Source: a virus
Lineage: Duplodnaviria; Caudoviricetes
Strand: one strand, 5' to 3'
DNA length: 24,449 nt
IMG/VR virus record: IMGVR_UViG_3300035394_000175
Span: 1 to 24,449 of that record
Position numbers and translations under genes: made by a program. How positions within the stretch are numbered: the stretch's first letter is position 1; each line of letters starts with the position of its first letter. Below, piece by piece: positions 15,865-24,449 of the stretch. The notes below the pieces were generated by a model that saw nothing but the letters and a program-made list of their open reading frames with translations, made no database searches and was not told the origin of the DNA.

Positions 15865-16491
15865 ATAATATTTTAAATATTTGTCTTTAAAGTATTGAGA
15901 GAAACCATGCCATTTTTGTTGTGTTTCTATCAAAGTAGATAAATTTTTATTAGTATTATATACTTTTGATTTATCACCTGTTAAATACCAATTTAAAGAT
16001 AAAGCACTATATAAATCCCACGCTATTTGAGGGTTATTTGAATTTAATTTTTGAAATGTGGTTTTATCTATTTCAATGTATATCAATTCATTATTTTTCT
16101 TACAGAAATATCTTTGAAATACTCCCAAATCATAATCTTTTTGTATTGGGGTAGTTGGGTTATATTGAGGAATACTTCTAGGGAGGAAAGATTTATTTTG
16201 GGGATATAATTTAAAATTTAAAAAAGAGTACATTTCATATCCTTCTTCTACTGAATTATTTATAGAGATATCGTTATCAGATGTTGGTAGTGTTGAATTT
16301 GGTGTATCATTTGTGTTTGGTTGGGGGGATAAAAGTATGTTAGGTTTATCATTAGGTGATTTTCCAGTGTATGATTTTCCGTTGGATAATTTATAGTAAT
16401 ACCCTTTATATTCTTTTTTAGTAGTGGACAGTATGTATTCCCCACCATTAGTGTAAAGATTAGTTTTTATTTGTGAATTTGGAAAGTACAT
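15853..16491 (-). CDS. Hypothetical protein, probably baseplate/virion associated
   Basis: 212-aa ORF starting 3 nt after the hub gene stop; YKGYY and FQRYFCKK segments. Confidence 0.7.
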   Translation of the reverse strand: MYFPNSQIKTNLYTNGGEYILSTTKKEYKGYYYKLSNGKSYTGKSPNDKPNILLSPQPNTNDTPNSTLPTSDNDISINNSVEEGYEMYSFLNFKLYPQNKSFLPRSIPQYNPTTPIQKDYDLGVFQRYFCKKNNELIYIEIDKTTFQKLNSNNPQIAWDLYSALSLNWYLTGDKSKVYNTNKNLSTLIETQQKWHGFSQYFKDKYLKYYLES

Positions 16492-16494
16492 TTA

Positions 16495-19400
16495 TTAAGT
16501 ATATTTTTTGTTTATGTTATTAGGGGTGATAACTTTACAAAAACCAACAACTGATTTAAGAGATTTTGATGAGTAATATTTAGTTTCACCTCCATTTCTA
16601 GCATCTTCATTCCCTGTGTTTCCTCCTATAGCCGAGTATCCTGTAAGTTTATTACCTATATAAAATGGTTTAATAACTAAATCAACATGGCTATAAGAAT
16701 AAACTGCTATATCTCCAGGCTCAACCATATAAGTTCCATTAATTACTTGTTTAAGGGTAACAAATTTATTTAGGGCTATAAAATTACTTTTACAAGTAGA
16801 TACACCTGCACCTATTTTTGCTCCATTTTTTAATGTGTTATCCCAAATATTTTTATAAATAGCAGTATATGCAGGTACTGCACTTGCATTAGGGACTAAC
16901 TTATTCCCTACAGTATATGCTTCTTTCCATACTAATTGGCAAAACCAAACACACCAAGGTTGTGTTCTAGACCATGGATATAATTTTAATTGTCTAAATT
17001 TAGCTTCATAATCTGCATCCCACCATCCTGGGTTTTGGGCAGGTAGTGCTTCTTGATTACCTACATATGAGGCTGCTACTTCAACTATTCTTTTTCTAAG
17101 TATAGAGATATCTAAAGCCCCTGAGTTTGTAACTATATTATTAATACCATCAATAGTTAAAGCATCTGGGCTTAGCTGCTTTGTGTCTCCATTAGGGCCA
17201 AGGGTACCATATGTTTTTACTCCTTTACCATCTGATTTTGTAGCTTTAACTCCAGATTGAGTATTTTTTGGAATAGCTTCACCACCTCCAGCACCTCCCG
17301 GGGCACCTCCAGAACCACCACCAGTGTTAAATCCAACACTATCTAAAACAGTGGTAAGAGCATTTCCAACTCCACTAGATTCAACACCCCCTTGTATATG
17401 TCTATCCATTATAGCTTTAATTTCTACTTGAGTTAATGCAGGGTTAGACTCATCATTAGTTTTTGCTATTACAACAGTTTCTAAAGTTGTTTCCCAATCA
17501 CTATCTGATATCTTATGGTTAACTCCTTTAATAATAAATCTCAAACTATTGGGATAATTAGCAGGTAAGAAACTAGTATTAACATTTACTTCATTATATA
17601 TTTTAATACCGGATATACCATCCATGGTTATCCCTAAATTAATAGGGATAAAACCATTTGAAGGAGATGAATATTTACCTTGCTGTTCTTCTTGGATTTT
17701 AGCTTGAATATATTTATAGAATTCTGTTACTATAGAGATATTAGAATCAATTATATCATCGTTCATAGCTGCTGTATCTCCATATCCAAACCAACCATCA
17801 TCTGCTATATCCATTAAGGTATAACCGAATGGTGAGTATCTTTTATTCCAGAATTCTTCAATATACATTTTGTTAGGTTCAGCTATACTTCCCGATTTAG
17901 GTCTAGATTCTTCATCTGCAGCTTCATATTCTTCTTTCCATCTATCTACTAAACCTTTATTCCATTTAGAAAACATAGTATTTTCTGTACCTTTAACATA
18001 CCCACCTGCAGTTGATCCAATAGAGGCCATAGTGGCAAAATCATTTGTGATTTCTGTTTTTAAATTAAAATTACGAATAAATCCCGCTTTATCTTTATTC
18101 TTATCATACCCATATAATTGAAGTTCATATGGAGCTTTTTTAACAACAGGTGAATAACTAGCATCTACTATATAAATTTTATTTTCATCTTCATTTAAAA
18201 ATGGTTCTAAATTATTAATTCCACCCATTGCCTTATTTATGGCAATGCATAATGAATTTAAAAAATCAAAAAGGGCAACATTTCCTTTTTCATCTAAATT
18301 CTCATTTAAACTAGCTATTATTTGATTGTGACTTAAATATATATTCATAGGCCAAGCAAAATCAAATTTTGCATTTTTAAATGGATCTAATTCTTGATAG
18401 TATTTTTTATTTTTTATATCATCTAAAGATTTTACAATACATACCCTAGGATCTAAGGATACTTGATATGGTAAAGTATACATTTTATTACCCCAAGTAT
18501 CATAATCTATATCTACAATTTTAGTTGATTTGCCTCCTTTATCACTACCTTTTATTATAGATATAACATTATCATTTATAAATTGTAATAAATGGCCCCA
18601 TCTCATATAAAACCCAGCATCATTTATTGGAGCATCTTCATCTGTTTCTCCTTCATTATAATTTAAATATACTACATCTCCCCTAGTTGCTGTATTATTT
18701 GTTAATTTTAATTCTTCTGGTATTGTTTTTATAGTTGCATAATAGTCAACTCCCCAAAAATCTGTTTGTATTACATATGAATTATCTGAAGAAAATGCTA
18801 ATGCCATTATATTATTTTCATTAGAGGCAAATAAGCCTAAACTTGCATTTCTGTATCCTTCATAATTTTCAATCATAAAGTCAATCAATTCTTTTTTTGT
18901 GTCAAATACCTCGCTTTCAGTATATATAGGATCTATTTTAATAACACCACTTTTTGGTGGGGTAACAAATGTTCCTCCCATTTTTAAAGTTTCATTCCCT
19001 ATCTTAATTGTAACTTGTCTATTTTTAATTCTTTCCCCACCAGAAGTTCCTTCAGTTGTATTTATATTTCCATCTAAAAGAAGTTTTTGTAAAAACAAAT
19101 ATGATGTTATAATATTATTAGCGGGTGATGATGTTAAATCTTTTGAGGATTCCTCATTACTCGTATCTTCAGAGTATAGATTATATGCTTCCTTTATAAA
19201 TTTTGATATATTATATGATGGAGAAATATTTAATTTTAGAGATTCAACAACATCCCCTAAACTTATTAATTCTAATGTAATATCATATGAACCATCCTGA
19301 GCAAATGTCCAGTTAAAATTAACAACTTTAGCCAACATTCCATCATAATTTCCCATTTTGCTAGCTCTATATGCTTCTACTATAGGAAGAAAAGAAGAAT

Positions 19401-20070
19401 ATGATTTTTCCTTCCATTTAGGAGAGAAAAATCCATTTTCTGATTCTATTAATGTGTATCCTTGTTTTTCTATTTTTCCATCTTTATCTAAGTATAAACT
19501 ATTTCCATATTCGAGAAATACAGTATATCCTAATCTTAAATATAAAAGATCAATTATTCTAAATTGTTCAGGACTATAGCATTTTAAATTTATTGTTGCT
19601 TTTCGAATTGATCCTCTATTCATACACTTTACCTCTACACTGGTTATACCAGGCATAGGAACTAATCCAAATTCACTTCCAGGTTGATTAGATGCATTAA
19701 CATCATATGTTCCCCAATGAGTACCCCATATATTATTTTCATTATTATTGTAATTAGAAGTTCCTCTAGGTTTGAGAAAGTCTGTATATTTATTTGTATC
19801 AATATCTAATAATGTTGAAATACCATTATATAAAACATGTTGTTTAGCCAAAGTATCCCAAGCAAATCCGTTTCTCATATTTTCGGTTTCTACTCTTTCA
19901 GGAAGAATACTAACACCAGATGCTAACTTTACCCAAGCTGTTTTAGAGTTTAGATATGTCAATTGATCCATGTTTCTATTAGAGTCTATTCCTGAACCGT
20001 GTGCTTCTTGTCTTCGATTTATTTGGTTAACTACATATTTTTTAAATTGTTCACCAATTATTTTCCCCAT
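16495..20070 (-). CDS. Baseplate hub-like tail protein with C-terminal CHAP-like peptidoglycan hydrolase
   Basis: PMPGITSVEV, GSIRKATI, VVNFNW and ITMDGISGI...FIIKGVNHKI hub-like segments; Gly-rich linker; QPWC, PGDIAVY, SHV and IGGNT. Confidence 0.7.
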   Translation of the reverse strand: MGKIIGEQFKKYVVNQINRRQEAHGSGIDSNRNMDQLTYLNSKTAWVKLASGVSILPERVETENMRNGFAWDTLAKQHVLYNGISTLLDIDTNKYTDFLKPRGTSNYNNNENNIWGTHWGTYDVNASNQPGSEFGLVPMPGITSVEVKCMNRGSIRKATINLKCYSPEQFRIIDLLYLRLGYTVFLEYGNSLYLDKDGKIEKQGYTLIESENGFFSPKWKEKSYSSFLPIVEAYRASKMGNYDGMLAKVVNFNWTFAQDGSYDITLELISLGDVVESLKLNISPSYNISKFIKEAYNLYSEDTSNEESSKDLTSSPANNIITSYLFLQKLLLDGNINTTEGTSGGERIKNRQVTIKIGNETLKMGGTFVTPPKSGVIKIDPIYTESEVFDTKKELIDFMIENYEGYRNASLGLFASNENNIMALAFSSDNSYVIQTDFWGVDYYATIKTIPEELKLTNNTATRGDVVYLNYNEGETDEDAPINDAGFYMRWGHLLQFINDNVISIIKGSDKGGKSTKIVDIDYDTWGNKMYTLPYQVSLDPRVCIVKSLDDIKNKKYYQELDPFKNAKFDFAWPMNIYLSHNQIIASLNENLDEKGNVALFDFLNSLCIAINKAMGGINNLEPFLNEDENKIYIVDASYSPVVKKAPYELQLYGYDKNKDKAGFIRNFNLKTEITNDFATMASIGSTAGGYVKGTENTMFSKWNKGLVDRWKEEYEAADEESRPKSGSIAEPNKMYIEEFWNKRYSPFGYTLMDIADDGWFGYGDTAAMNDDIIDSNISIVTEFYKYIQAKIQEEQQGKYSSPSNGFIPINLGITMDGISGIKIYNEVNVNTSFLPANYPNSLRFIIKGVNHKISDSDWETTLETVVIAKTNDESNPALTQVEIKAIMDRHIQGGVESSGVGNALTTVLDSVGFNTGGGSGGAPGGAGGGEAIPKNTQSGVKATKSDGKGVKTYGTLGPNGDTKQLSPDALTIDGINNIVTNSGALDISILRKRIVEVAASYVGNQEALPAQNPGWWDADYEAKFRQLKLYPWSRTQPWCVWFCQLVWKEAYTVGNKLVPNASAVPAYTAIYKNIWDNTLKNGAKIGAGVSTCKSNFIALNKFVTLKQVINGTYMVEPGDIAVYSYSHVDLVIKPFYIGNKLTGYSAIGGNTGNEDARNGGETKYYSSKSLKSVVGFCKVITPNNINKKYT

Positions 20071-20080
20071 AACTTTTTAT

Positions 20081-20395
20081 TTAAATATTTTGATTCAGAA
20101 TATCATATTGAGATAGTATGGTAGATATTCGTGATGATGATGGTATTCTAATTTGTTCTCCTATATTGGGTATGAGTGAGTCTGATGTTTGTGAAGGATT
20201 AGCTCTAGAAATGATCCACCATAATGATGAGTCACTATAATAACTTTGAGCTAATAAATCATATCTATCACCTCTAGTAACATACACATAAATATCTGAG
20301 AAATCAGTTGTGATCTCAGGGTATTTAAGATTTACGTATCTTCTTTTAGTATTTTCAACTGTATTTACTATTCGTATAGATGAATATCTTGCCAT
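20081..20395 (-). CDS. LysM-like baseplate protein
   Basis: VTRGDRYDLLAQSYYSDSSLWWIISRAN...GEQIRIP; TAATG overlap with the upstream gene. Confidence 0.8.
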   Translation of the reverse strand: MARYSSIRIVNTVENTKRRYVNLKYPEITTDFSDIYVYVTRGDRYDLLAQSYYSDSSLWWIISRANPSQTSDSLIPNIGEQIRIPSSSRISTILSQYDILNQNI

Positions 20396-22776
20396 TATGC
20401 TTGGTTTATAAATTGGTGAATAATTCCATCGGACCATTTCATTTCAGGTCTAAAGTTATGGATTGGTGTAAATTTAATAGTTACAGCAATGTACATTGGA
20501 AGTTGATTACCAGTTTCAATCTCCCAAGGAGATTCATTCATAATTTCATATGATAAACTGTTCATAACACCTGTTTGATTAGAAATATAATCTCCAACTG
20601 TCAGTTGATGTAAATTCCCAGCCATATATCCAAATGTAGTATACGTTGGAGCAAGTGAGGAGGCAAGGGTATTTAATTGACTATACATAGTACCTAAATT
20701 TACTTTATTATCTGCAACGATTTTAAAACTTAACGATATGTCCCGCCCAAATGAATTATATTTGTAGAATTGTTCTGCTCTACCAATATATGTTTGACCT
20801 TTCCAATCAGCATTATATGAATCTGAAAATGAATCTATATATGCTCTAAAATTTAAAGGGATTGCTCCTGTATTTGGATTTCTAGGGTCTATTACTGTTA
20901 TTCTAAAATCTATTAAATCTTTGCCCCCTAAGAGATTTGATTCTCTAAATGATGATTTATGTGTTGAATTGCTATTATAATATATTGTATCTATAACTGA
21001 GGGTGAGAGAGATCCTCCTTCAGTCATCCAGGTATTTGAAATTTCTCCAACATCTTCACCAATTTTACCATTTGTTTTGGAGATTTGGGATTTTGAAGGT
21101 TGTTGCCCTACAGGTAATGAATATAAACCTCTAATTTTTCTAGGTACTAATCTAAAATCAGGTGCTATCCCTCCAGGATATGCATTATTATTAGTAGTTG
21201 TTAATATTCCAGATGAATTCTTCCAAGCTCCCGCGTTTTTATCTAGATCAGCTAAATAACCATCTTTATGTTCACTAGGGCCATTACCATAACCATAATA
21301 TTTATTAAAGTTATCCCAAAGACCTCCACCGGCATCATATATTTGTTTATCGGTAAAATCTCTTCTTAATGTATTATATGATGAATATTTAGGAATTATT
21401 TTACCATTCGAATTAGTAGCAGCCCAAGTATTGGCATTGCCTGATTGGTTAGAATCATCAAATACTGACGATGTTACTAGTTGTCTATTATATGCATATT
21501 TTAATTTATCTCCTATTGGAGAATAGTATGTAGAATCTGATTGGGTTGTTAAGGTTTTAAAGTTAGAATCAATTGGAGGATTTAAATAGTCACTTAAAAT
21601 TGAAGTGGGTTGTTTACTAACCCCTAATAAATTATCATAATTAACTTCAGTTCCTGGTTTTTGTAATCCTATCTGATATCCACCAGAACCTGTTAAAGAT
21701 TGTCCCGTTGGGTTATATTTACTTAAAGTATAATTAGGGTATGAAGGACCATAGAGTCTTGGACTATTTTCACCTCCTAAAGTTCCATCGACTTTTATAC
21801 CTATTTCTTCATATGTTAGTCCTTGAGCAATACTAGCTTGTAATAATCCTGTATAATTTGGTGTAAAATCATATTCATGCAATTTATTACCTCCTTTATA
21901 AAAGTAAGTAGATTCAGTATCAGATAGTGGATTATTCAATCCCGTTCTTTGATCTGCAAATTTAATTTTAGTTTTACCTATACCTAAAACTGAGCCAGGA
22001 CCACCAGAATATGTTAATATTGTGCCTCCAGCATTATCAGTAACAATCATATCTTTTTCCCAAAGATATAATAATCTATTTTCATATTGCCCTATAGGAA
22101 TTCTTGTAGATGTTTTTTCAGTTTTATATCCTGTGGGGTGTGGGTGGGGGTTGTAATCGACTTTTGGTACTGATTTTGGGAGATTATATATTGGGATTTT
22201 CTTTTCACTAATAACTTTTTTAGTTAATCTGGTTTTTCCTTTTACTACATCTTCATATCTAACTAAACCAGTACCAGGAAGAAAACCCCCTTGTATTATT
22301 CCGGTCATTGGGGTAAATGGGTTTATTCCTAATAAATTAAGATGTGTTCCCGTAAATCCAACACCTGCTTGTAGTATTGTAGATAATGGATTATATATAC
22401 CTTGGTTTAATGGTGATTTTGTCCAAGCTAAATCTTTAGATGGATTATTTCCATATCCCGCACTTATACTTGCTTCTGTAGCTACAGAAACTCTTGATAG
22501 TAAATTTTGTTTTGCTATGAACATTAAACCTTTTGGAGATTTAAAGTCAAACATATATTTGGTTAATCTAGCAACATCTTCAACAGCGTTGATTGGTGCT
22601 CTTAAACCACCACGTAAAAGAAAATCATCATCAACACGAGATAATTTTCCCGGTTCATCTATTAATGGATTCTTAATATATGGTTGTCCGCTATTTCCAC
22701 CTCCAGGTCTGTCATTTCCAAACTTGAGAGATTTCAATACGGTATCACCGTTCTGTAATTTACTAAAAAGACCCAT
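20395..22776 (-). CDS. Putative baseplate / tail-tube initiator protein
   Basis: C-terminal FRAYIDSFSDSYNADW...GRAE...RDISLSF tube-like domain; position between tape measure and LysM genes. Confidence 0.6.
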   Translation of the reverse strand: MGLFSKLQNGDTVLKSLKFGNDRPGGGNSGQPYIKNPLIDEPGKLSRVDDDFLLRGGLRAPINAVEDVARLTKYMFDFKSPKGLMFIAKQNLLSRVSVATEASISAGYGNNPSKDLAWTKSPLNQGIYNPLSTILQAGVGFTGTHLNLLGINPFTPMTGIIQGGFLPGTGLVRYEDVVKGKTRLTKKVISEKKIPIYNLPKSVPKVDYNPHPHPTGYKTEKTSTRIPIGQYENRLLYLWEKDMIVTDNAGGTILTYSGGPGSVLGIGKTKIKFADQRTGLNNPLSDTESTYFYKGGNKLHEYDFTPNYTGLLQASIAQGLTYEEIGIKVDGTLGGENSPRLYGPSYPNYTLSKYNPTGQSLTGSGGYQIGLQKPGTEVNYDNLLGVSKQPTSILSDYLNPPIDSNFKTLTTQSDSTYYSPIGDKLKYAYNRQLVTSSVFDDSNQSGNANTWAATNSNGKIIPKYSSYNTLRRDFTDKQIYDAGGGLWDNFNKYYGYGNGPSEHKDGYLADLDKNAGAWKNSSGILTTTNNNAYPGGIAPDFRLVPRKIRGLYSLPVGQQPSKSQISKTNGKIGEDVGEISNTWMTEGGSLSPSVIDTIYYNSNSTHKSSFRESNLLGGKDLIDFRITVIDPRNPNTGAIPLNFRAYIDSFSDSYNADWKGQTYIGRAEQFYKYNSFGRDISLSFKIVADNKVNLGTMYSQLNTLASSLAPTYTTFGYMAGNLHQLTVGDYISNQTGVMNSLSYEIMNESPWEIETGNQLPMYIAVTIKFTPIHNFRPEMKWSDGIIHQFINQA

Positions 22777-22789
22777 TTAATTCATTTTA

Positions 22790-23623
22790 TTATAAATATT
22801 GAAACTCATATCCTTTAGCATATTTCCTGGTTCCTAGGCATGTATCTCGTATTAGCGTAGGGCTTATATTTAATATGAGTGAAGCATGTTTTATATTGTT
22901 GTATTTAGTTTGGTTTGTTATACAAAAAACACCTTTTTTAGTTTTTGAAATACTAATATTTTGGTTTCTATTGGGAGAATTTTTTATATTGTCTTTTTGA
23001 TCTTGAGTAAATTTAAATCCTTTTTTACTTTTAGATATTTTATCTTTTGATTCTTGAGTATGTTTTTTACCAATATTTGATTTACTTATTTTATCCTTAT
23101 GTTCATCCGTAAAAATTTTACCTTTATTTGGTGGATTAATAGATAATATTTGACTTATTTTCTCTCCAAAATCTATTGGTTTTGGTTTTTTCATCTTTTG
23201 TTTAGTCTCTTCAGATCTTATTTTACCCTTATTTCCTTTACTTATTTTATTTTTCCATTCTTGGTTAAAACATGGATGGTTTTTCTTATTTTTACTAATT
23301 TTTTGTTTAGTTTCTTCAGATAAAGGACCTCCTCCATTATCATGAAGATTACAAAATAAAACCATATTCCAATCACCATCAAATTGATCAAGATAATACT
23401 GTTTCCAATATGTTTCCCTTTCATTTAGTTGGTCTATAGAACATTCTTCTATAATTTCATGAATGTGGTTTTCCCAAGTATACTTTTGAATTGAATGTTT
23501 TATTTTAGTTTGGAAAGAATGTTTAATATACTTACCATACCAATTTTTTCTTTTTTCAATATCAATAGATTGCCCCACATAAATTCTTCCACTAGGGCTT
23601 GTTATTTTATATATTCCGATCAT
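22790..23623 (-). CDS. GIY-YIG homing endonuclease with multiple NUMOD3 repeats
   Basis: MIGIYKITSPSGRIYVGQS, LNERETYW, and repeats SEETKQKIS, TDEHKDKIS, TQESKDKIS. Confidence 0.92.
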   Translation of the reverse strand: MIGIYKITSPSGRIYVGQSIDIEKRKNWYGKYIKHSFQTKIKHSIQKYTWENHIHEIIEECSIDQLNERETYWKQYYLDQFDGDWNMVLFCNLHDNGGGPLSEETKQKISKNKKNHPCFNQEWKNKISKGNKGKIRSEETKQKMKKPKPIDFGEKISQILSINPPNKGKIFTDEHKDKISKSNIGKKHTQESKDKISKSKKGFKFTQDQKDNIKNSPNRNQNISISKTKKGVFCITNQTKYNNIKHASLILNISPTLIRDTCLGTRKYAKGYEFQYL

Positions 23624-23653
23624 ATGTTTTATTATACATATGATGAAGGTTTC

Positions 23654-23869
23654 CTAGATCGGTGGATTGTCTAAATATTTTGGAGGTGTTATTCCATTTA
23701 GATCCAATAATGATGGTGTTGGAAATCCTGTCATGTTAGGAGCACCATTAATTGAATATTGGTAGTGAAGAGTTGAACCTTGAACATCAATATTTGCTGG
23801 AGGTGGGTTTGTTCCATCAAATTCACTTAAACTTGATCCTTGGTTTGTTAATTTATCTAATAGTCCCAT
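23654..23869 (-). CDS. Small hypothetical virion-module protein
   Basis: 71-aa Pro-rich ORF, MGLLDKL...YLDNPPI, preceded by the ATATTTATAA motif. Confidence 0.7.
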   Translation of the reverse strand: MGLLDKLTNQGSSLSEFDGTNPPPANIDVQGSTLHYQYSINGAPNMTGFPTPSLLDLNGITPPKYLDNPPI

Positions 23870-23884
23870 AATTGTTTATTTTTA

Positions 23885-23894
23885 TTATAAATAT
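23885..23894 (-). promoter_or_regulatory. ATAT(T/G)TATAA motif, candidate late promoter (one of nine copies)
   Basis: Other copies at 1449, 4231, 7146, 10295, 13233, 14521, 22790 and 23632, each 6-18 nt before a start codon. Confidence 0.65.
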
Positions 23895-23900
23895 TAAATG

Positions 23901-24449
23901 TTATTGAATTTTCAATGTAGATATAGAATTTACTTTTCCTGTTGCAGATATTAAAGCATCTAAACGTGCATTTGTTCCTGCGTTAGGGTCTTGTTTAACT
24001 TCTTTTTTAGGAGCAGTACTATTACTTACAGATAATGCACCTTTAGATGCGGTCATTGTTGGACTTTTAGGAGCAGACATTACATCATCTCCTTTAGACG
24101 AACCACCAAATAAGTCTGTTCCTGCTATAACAGTATCTTTATTGTTTAATTGGATTGCTCCTTCAGGTCCTAGCAATGTACGTTTACCATATCCACCACC
24201 ACCTTCTCCAGGGGACATGATGTCATTTCCTTTCATAAATGAGTATCCTAAGGCCGCTACTGTTCCAGCTGCTGCTAAACCTAAAGCCCAACCTACTATG
24301 GGGATACTTGATAATGATTGTATAACACCCATAGCCGCTTTACCTATATTTACTACTAAATCACTTTTAGCTATAGCTTTACCTGCTGCTTTAATAACAT
24401 TTCCTTTACCCATAACTGCATTTTTTACAGTTTCTATTGCTAGTGTTCC
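23901..24449 (-). CDS. Tail tape measure protein, C-terminal part (5' end outside the window)
   Basis: Frame open to the window edge; Ala/Gly-rich IPIVGWALGLAAAG, then LNNKDTVIAGTDLF; heads the tail block. Confidence 0.7.
   Translation of the reverse strand, partial: GTLAIETVKNAVMGKGNVIKAAGKAIAKSDLVVNIGKAAMGVIQSLSSIPIVGWALGLAAAGTVAALGYSFMKGNDIMSPGEGGGGYGKRTLLGPEGAIQLNNKDTVIAGTDLFGGSSKGDDVMSAPKSPTMTASKGALSVSNSTAPKKEVKQDPNAGTNARLDALISATGKVNSISTLKIQ

Noticed and set aside
25-22780. Plus-strand ORFs in the ORF track (e.g. 25-267, 5666-5893, 10922-11200, 18899-19300)
   Set aside because: All are short antisense shadows of well-supported minus-strand genes and carry no recognisable motifs.
14917-23424. 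Nested minus-strand ORFs 14917-15156, 16260-16448 and 23242-23424
   Set aside because: Out-of-frame overlaps inside longer genes, with no independent support.
1449-23894. TATAAATA read as plus-strand T4 late promoters
   Set aside because: The copies sit at a fixed short distance before minus-strand start codons and no plus-strand genes follow, so the minus orientation is more parsimonious.
1-24449. Stop-codon reassignment
   Set aside because: Core genes are full length in code 11, and TAA, TAG and TGA all occur as genuine gene ends.

Overview
AT-rich segment of a large tailed-phage genome; every credible gene is on the minus strand, in standard code 11. Reading in transcription order (right to left), there is first a tail/baseplate block: tape-measure 3' end, small virion protein, tube/baseplate protein, LysM protein and a 1191-aa hub with a C-terminal CHAP-like domain. 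A replication block follows: compact divergent family-A polymerase, gp32-like SSB, UvsX/RecA, 5'-3' exonuclease, DnaB-like helicase and class I ribonucleotide reductase. A lysis pair (holin-like protein and amidase) comes last. The main signal is a fractured nrdA. The N-half ends in a 104-aa N-intein, the C-half starts with a 34-aa C-intein, and trans-splicing would rebuild the catalytic TNI-CSEI motif. The halves are separated by about 1.7 kb holding an intact GIY-YIG endonuclease, two cargo ORFs and a truncated GIY-YIG. The window carries six intact free-standing homing endonuclease genes and two remnants. It also contains a probable structured RNA just upstream of an HNH gene and two recurrent promoter-like motifs. 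All calls come from manual motif reading; no database search was run.
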